Assembly: GCF_009914755.1 (NCBI RefSeq) | Contig: NC_060934.1 | DNA: 64,000 bases | Direction: 5' to 3' (one strand) | Source: the human T2T-CHM13v2.0 reference genome, Homo sapiens | Shown: positions 57,857-64,000 of the stretch, piece after piece | How positions within the stretch are numbered: position 1 is the first letter of the stretch | Layout of the letters: the number at the start of each line of letters is the position of its first letter | Notes under the pieces: model-generated | What the model was told of the DNA's origin: nothing | The model's input: the letters and a program-made list of their open reading frames with translations, nothing else | Database searches by the model: none | Translations under genes and position numbers: made by a program

Positions 57857-58095
57857 TAGCCAGGATGGTTTCGATCTCTTGACCTCATGATCCACCCTCC
57901 TCGGCCTCCCAAAGTGCTGGGATTAGAGGCGTGAGCTACCGCGGGTCTTGCTATGTTGCCCAGGCTGGAGTGCAGTGGCCAAAATCTCCACTGCACTCCA
58001 GCCTGGGCCACGGAGTGACTATGTCTCAAAAAAACAAATAAACAGGTCAGGCCTGGTGGCTCATGCCTGTCATCCCAGCACTTTGGGAGGCAGAG

Positions 58096-58692
58096 GTGGT
58101 ATAAGAACAATAGCAAACATACAGGGCAATCCCCATTCCCATTGCAAACCAGCGGCCATATTGAAAACGTCCCCTTAGAGGCCGAAGCCAGTGGGTTACT
58201 TGAGGTGAGGAGTTCAAGACCAGTCTGGCCAACATGGTGAAATCCCATCTCTACTAAAAATACAAAAATTAGCCGGGTGTGGTCGCATGTGCCTGTGGAG
58301 GCTGAGGCAGGAGAATCGCTGGAACCTGGGAAGTAGACATTGCAGTGAGCCGAGATGGTGCCACTGTACTCCGGCCTGTGTGACACAGCAAGACTTTGTC
58401 TCAAAAAAAGAAAAAAGAAAACATCCCCTTAGAGAAGAACCTATGTCAATGCATAGAGATCACTGCTTCTGTTTCTTTTTCTTTTTTTTGAGACGGAGTC
58501 TCGCTCTGTCACCCAGGCTGGAGTGCAGTGACACAATCTCAGCTCACTGCAGCCTCCGCCTTCTGGGTGCAAGTGATTATCCTGCCTCAGCCTCCAAGTA
58601 GCTGGGGTTGCAGGTGCTTCTCGCCATGCCCGGCTAATTTCTGTGGGGTTTTTTTTGGTTTTGGTTTTGTTTTTCTGAGATGGAGTCTTGCT
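58096..58692 (+). repeat. Left arm of a ~600-bp inverted duplication (partner 61707-62302)
   Basis: Unique non-Alu segments and private Alu variants are shared in reverse complement. ORFs 57856..58404(-) and 61994..62305(+) give near-identical peptides. Confidence 0.95.
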
Positions 58693-59550
58693 TATGATTT
58701 TTTTTGTATTTTTAGTAGAGATGGGGTTTCAGCGTGTTAGCCAGGATGGTCTCGATCTCCTGACCTTGTGATCCGTCCGCCTCGGTCTACCAAAGTGCTG
58801 GGATTACAGGCATGAGCCACTGCGCCCATCCAATTTTTGTATTTTTTGTAGAGACAGGGTCTCACTCTGTTGCCCAGGCTGGTCTCAAACCCTTGACCTC
58901 AAGAGGTCCTCCTGCCCCAGCCTCCCAAAGTGATTACAGGTGTGAGCCACAATGGCCATCCAGTAATAGGAAGTATTTTATGAATAATTCTATTGCTGTG
59001 CTCTCATTCTTTTAAATTTTATTTTTATTTATTTTTCTATCCTTCCAGGGAAAAAGAATTAAATCTTTTAATTTCATTCTTTATTATAAAGGTAATACAG
59101 TTGAAGTACGTTTTATCTAGAGCATTTGAAATTGGAACTTGATCAGTTAATTCCATTTATTTTTATTTTACTTCTTTTTTTTACTTCTTTTGTTTTTTCT
59201 TTTAAAACAATTTTGACAGAGCGAGACTCTGTCTCAAAAAAAAAAAAGGAAAAAGAAAATAAAGCAATCTGAATGCAAAATCTCTAGATTTTTCTGATTT
59301 CTTCCCCTAATTTTACTTTTTCCCACAGCAACAGTCTTAGGGACAAATAGAACTGATTCTTATAAGCACAAAGTCAACTGATGAGAGCAGTGCTGCATAT
59401 GCTAGAGAGAAGCCACAAACCAAAGCTTTTAGAGTGAGTGCATCAGGCAGCAAGTCCGCTAAATGGCTGCATTCGAAAGAGCTTTATTGCCGAGTGCGGT
59501 GGCTCACGCCTGTAATCCCAGCACTTTGGGAGGCCGCGGTGGGCGGATCA

Positions 59551-59794
<244 letters not shown>

Positions 59795-59939
59795 TCACTG
59801 TGGAAAACTGTGAGAATACAGTAAGCAAAAAATAGCAAATCTGCCTGGGTGTGATGACGTGCACCTGTAATCCCAGCTACTTGGGAGGCTGAGGCAGGAG
59901 GATCTCTCGAGCCCAGGAGTATGAGTCTAGCCTGGGTAA

Positions 59940-60176
<237 letters not shown>

Positions 60177-60432
60177 TGACCTTGTGATCCTCCTGCCTCC
60201 GCCTCCCAAAGTGCTAGGATTACAGACGTGAGCCACCAAGCCCAGCCAGCCAGACCCTATTTCTGATAAAAAAAAAAAAAAAAAAAAAAAAAGGGAAGAA
60301 AAAAGAACAAGTCGGCAATTTCTACATAGGATTATCACTTAAATTTTTGATCAGTTTCTTTTGTTTATGAAAAATATATGTGTGCATATATATAAGTATA
60401 TATAATTACATATACTAATACATATACTATAA

Positions 60433-60880
<448 letters not shown>

Positions 60881-61391
60881 TTATTTTTTAATGGCTGTCG
60901 GCAATTTGAGATGAGTTAATGCCATTGCTTGTTCCTCAGAGGATGGGTTTATAAAGAGAGAACTAATGATAGGGAGATGTCAATGAAGAATGAGGAGGGC
61001 CTACGTTTGTCTTCAAGATTGGAGGGTGCGGGTGAGGGCCACTGAGTACCTTCACGTCGTACTCATGCTCTCTAGGGACAGCCAAGTTCTGATTAAACCC
61101 AGGAGTGTGAGGAACGTTCAGAGAGGTTTGTTTTTCATGAAACAGAGTGCCAGAGGTCTCGGTGGAAGGAGGTGGAGACAGAGAGGGAAGGGGTTGGAGA
61201 TAGGGTTGGTGGAAGAAGAAACCTGCCTGAAGAAATGGTAGTCTGAGGGAGCATGTGTTGCCAGGGTGAATGGAGGACGTGCCTGACATGAGAGAGGACT
61301 TCCTCTTTCTGCTGGTGCCAAACTGCTACATGCCTCATGTTCTTTGTGGCAAGGAGGGTTATTTTGTGCCAACTTCTGTGTCAGTATTCTA

Positions 61392-62302
<911 letters not shown>

Positions 62303-62304
62303 TA

Positions 62305-62685
62305 ATCATGAGTTGGGGGGAGATCGCTCAGAGAGAAAGTAGACTGAGAAGGTGGCCTTGGGCAGAGCTGGGGAGTACCAATATTTTATGTATTTTATTT
62401 TTTAGATATGGGATCTTGCTCTCTCACCCAGGCTAGAGGGCAGTGGTGAGATTTCCAGCTCACTGCAGCCTCGAACTCCTGGGTTCAAGCTCCTCCCTCA
62501 GCCTCTTGGGTAGTTGGGATTATAGGTGTGCACCACCATGCCTGGCTACCAATATTTAGAGATGGGCAAAGAGAAGTCCCTCAAAAGTGACTGAGGTTGA
62601 GTAGCTCTGGAGTTAGAAAGAAAACCAGGTTCCTGCAATGCTGTAGAGCCCAGGGAAGAATATGTTCTTAAAAGGAGAGAGTAGG
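62305..62685. mobile_element. L2 LINE fragment with an Alu monomer insertion
   Basis: gagatcgctcagagagaaagtaga...caaaagtgactgag...aagaaaaccagg...gagcccagggaaga; TSD taccaatattt around the Alu. Confidence 0.55.
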
Positions 62686-62859
62686 AGCTGGGTGCGGTGG
62701 CTCATGCCTGTAATCCCAGCACTTTGGGAGGCCGAGGCAGGTGGATCACAAGGTCAGGAGATCGAGACCATCCTGGCCAACATAGTGAAACCCCATCTCT
62801 ACTAAAATACAAAAAATAAGCTGGGTATGGTGGCATGCACCTGTAGTCCCAGCTACTCA

Positions 62860-63015
<156 letters not shown>

Positions 63016-63820
63016 TTAGACATAGTCTGTCTGGATTTTAGCCACAAATATAAAGGTTTCCTACTTCATATGACACTGATGGAGAACTTGAATAAGGTTC
63101 AAAATAGAACCCTTAGCAATTTATAGGACTAACCCCCAGGCTGAAATCAGTTCGTTTCCTGGGATGGTTTGATTCATTTATTTGAGCTATTATGGATCCA
63201 CCTAACTGGTGTATGAGTGCAAACACATCCTGTGTGTGTTCAATACCTCTCTGTTCTTTCCTCACTAAACCTGCTACAAGTAAAGAGGTGTGCTTTGGCT
63301 GGGTGAGGTGGCTCACGCCTGTAATCCCGGCACTTTGGGAGGCCGAGGTGGGTGGATCATGGCATCAGGAGATCGAGAGCATCCTGGCTAACATGGTGAA
63401 ACCCTGTGTCTACTAAAAATAGAAAAAATTAGCTGGGCGTGGTGGCGGGTGCCTGTGGGCGCCTGTAGGCGCCTGTAGTCCCAGCTACTCAGGAGGCTGA
63501 AGAAGGAGAATGGCATGAACCCAGGAGGTGGAGCTTGCAGTGAGCCAGGATCACGCCACTGCACTCCAGGCTGGGCAACAGAGCAAGACTCCGTCTCAAA
63601 AAAAAAAAAAAAAAAAGTTGTGCTTTGGCAGTGCATAGAATACAAACCCAAGCGCATGGGTGGCTCTGAAATCATTCCACAGCAACACTTGTTCATAAAA
63701 TGGACCTTATAAGTTTTAAAATATGTGGGCCAGGTACATTGGTTCACGCCTGTAATCCCAGCACTTCAGGAGGCATGGCAGGCAGATCACGAGGTCAGGA
63801 GATCAAGACCATCCTGGCTA

Positions 63821-64000
<180 letters not shown>

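Noticed and set aside
63447-63480. 10-bp triplication inside an Alu; similar micro-duplications at ~10665, ~37140-37200 and ~51280
   Set aside because: Ordinary replication slippage with no sign of function.

Overview
Human (or very close great-ape) genomic DNA. I recognise it from the encoded proteins as the head-to-head UPF2 / DHTKD1 locus (human 10p14, from memory). Minus strand: the 5' half of UPF2, with two alternative non-coding first exons in a CpG island (donors at 26205 and 26046), coding exon 2 (18344-18726, ATG 18708) and a 780-nt exon 3 (12029-12808). Plus strand: the DHTKD1 CpG-island promoter and exon 1 (ATG 52345, donor after 52498), with intron 1 running off the end of the window. 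The rest is extremely Alu-dense, with MIR, L1, L2, L3/CR1, MER and LTR relics; almost all ORFs in the supplied track are Alu translations. I see no new gene. The most interesting signals are: (i) a layered 5'-leader switch on UPF2, made of splice-junction-dependent uORFs, a TAATG stop/start overlap and a candidate UG-repeat (TDP-43-type) Alu cryptic exon that would add an in-frame hydrophobic N-terminus; (ii) an old ~80%-identical non-Alu inverted repeat bracketing the DHTKD1 promoter and exon 1; (iii) a young ~600-bp inverted duplication next to a perfect 21-bp fold-back in DHTKD1 intron 1, plus a similar Alu-primed templated insertion at 37.5 kb; (iv) an overlapping uORF on DHTKD1. Repeat family names were assigned by eye and their boundaries are approximate.
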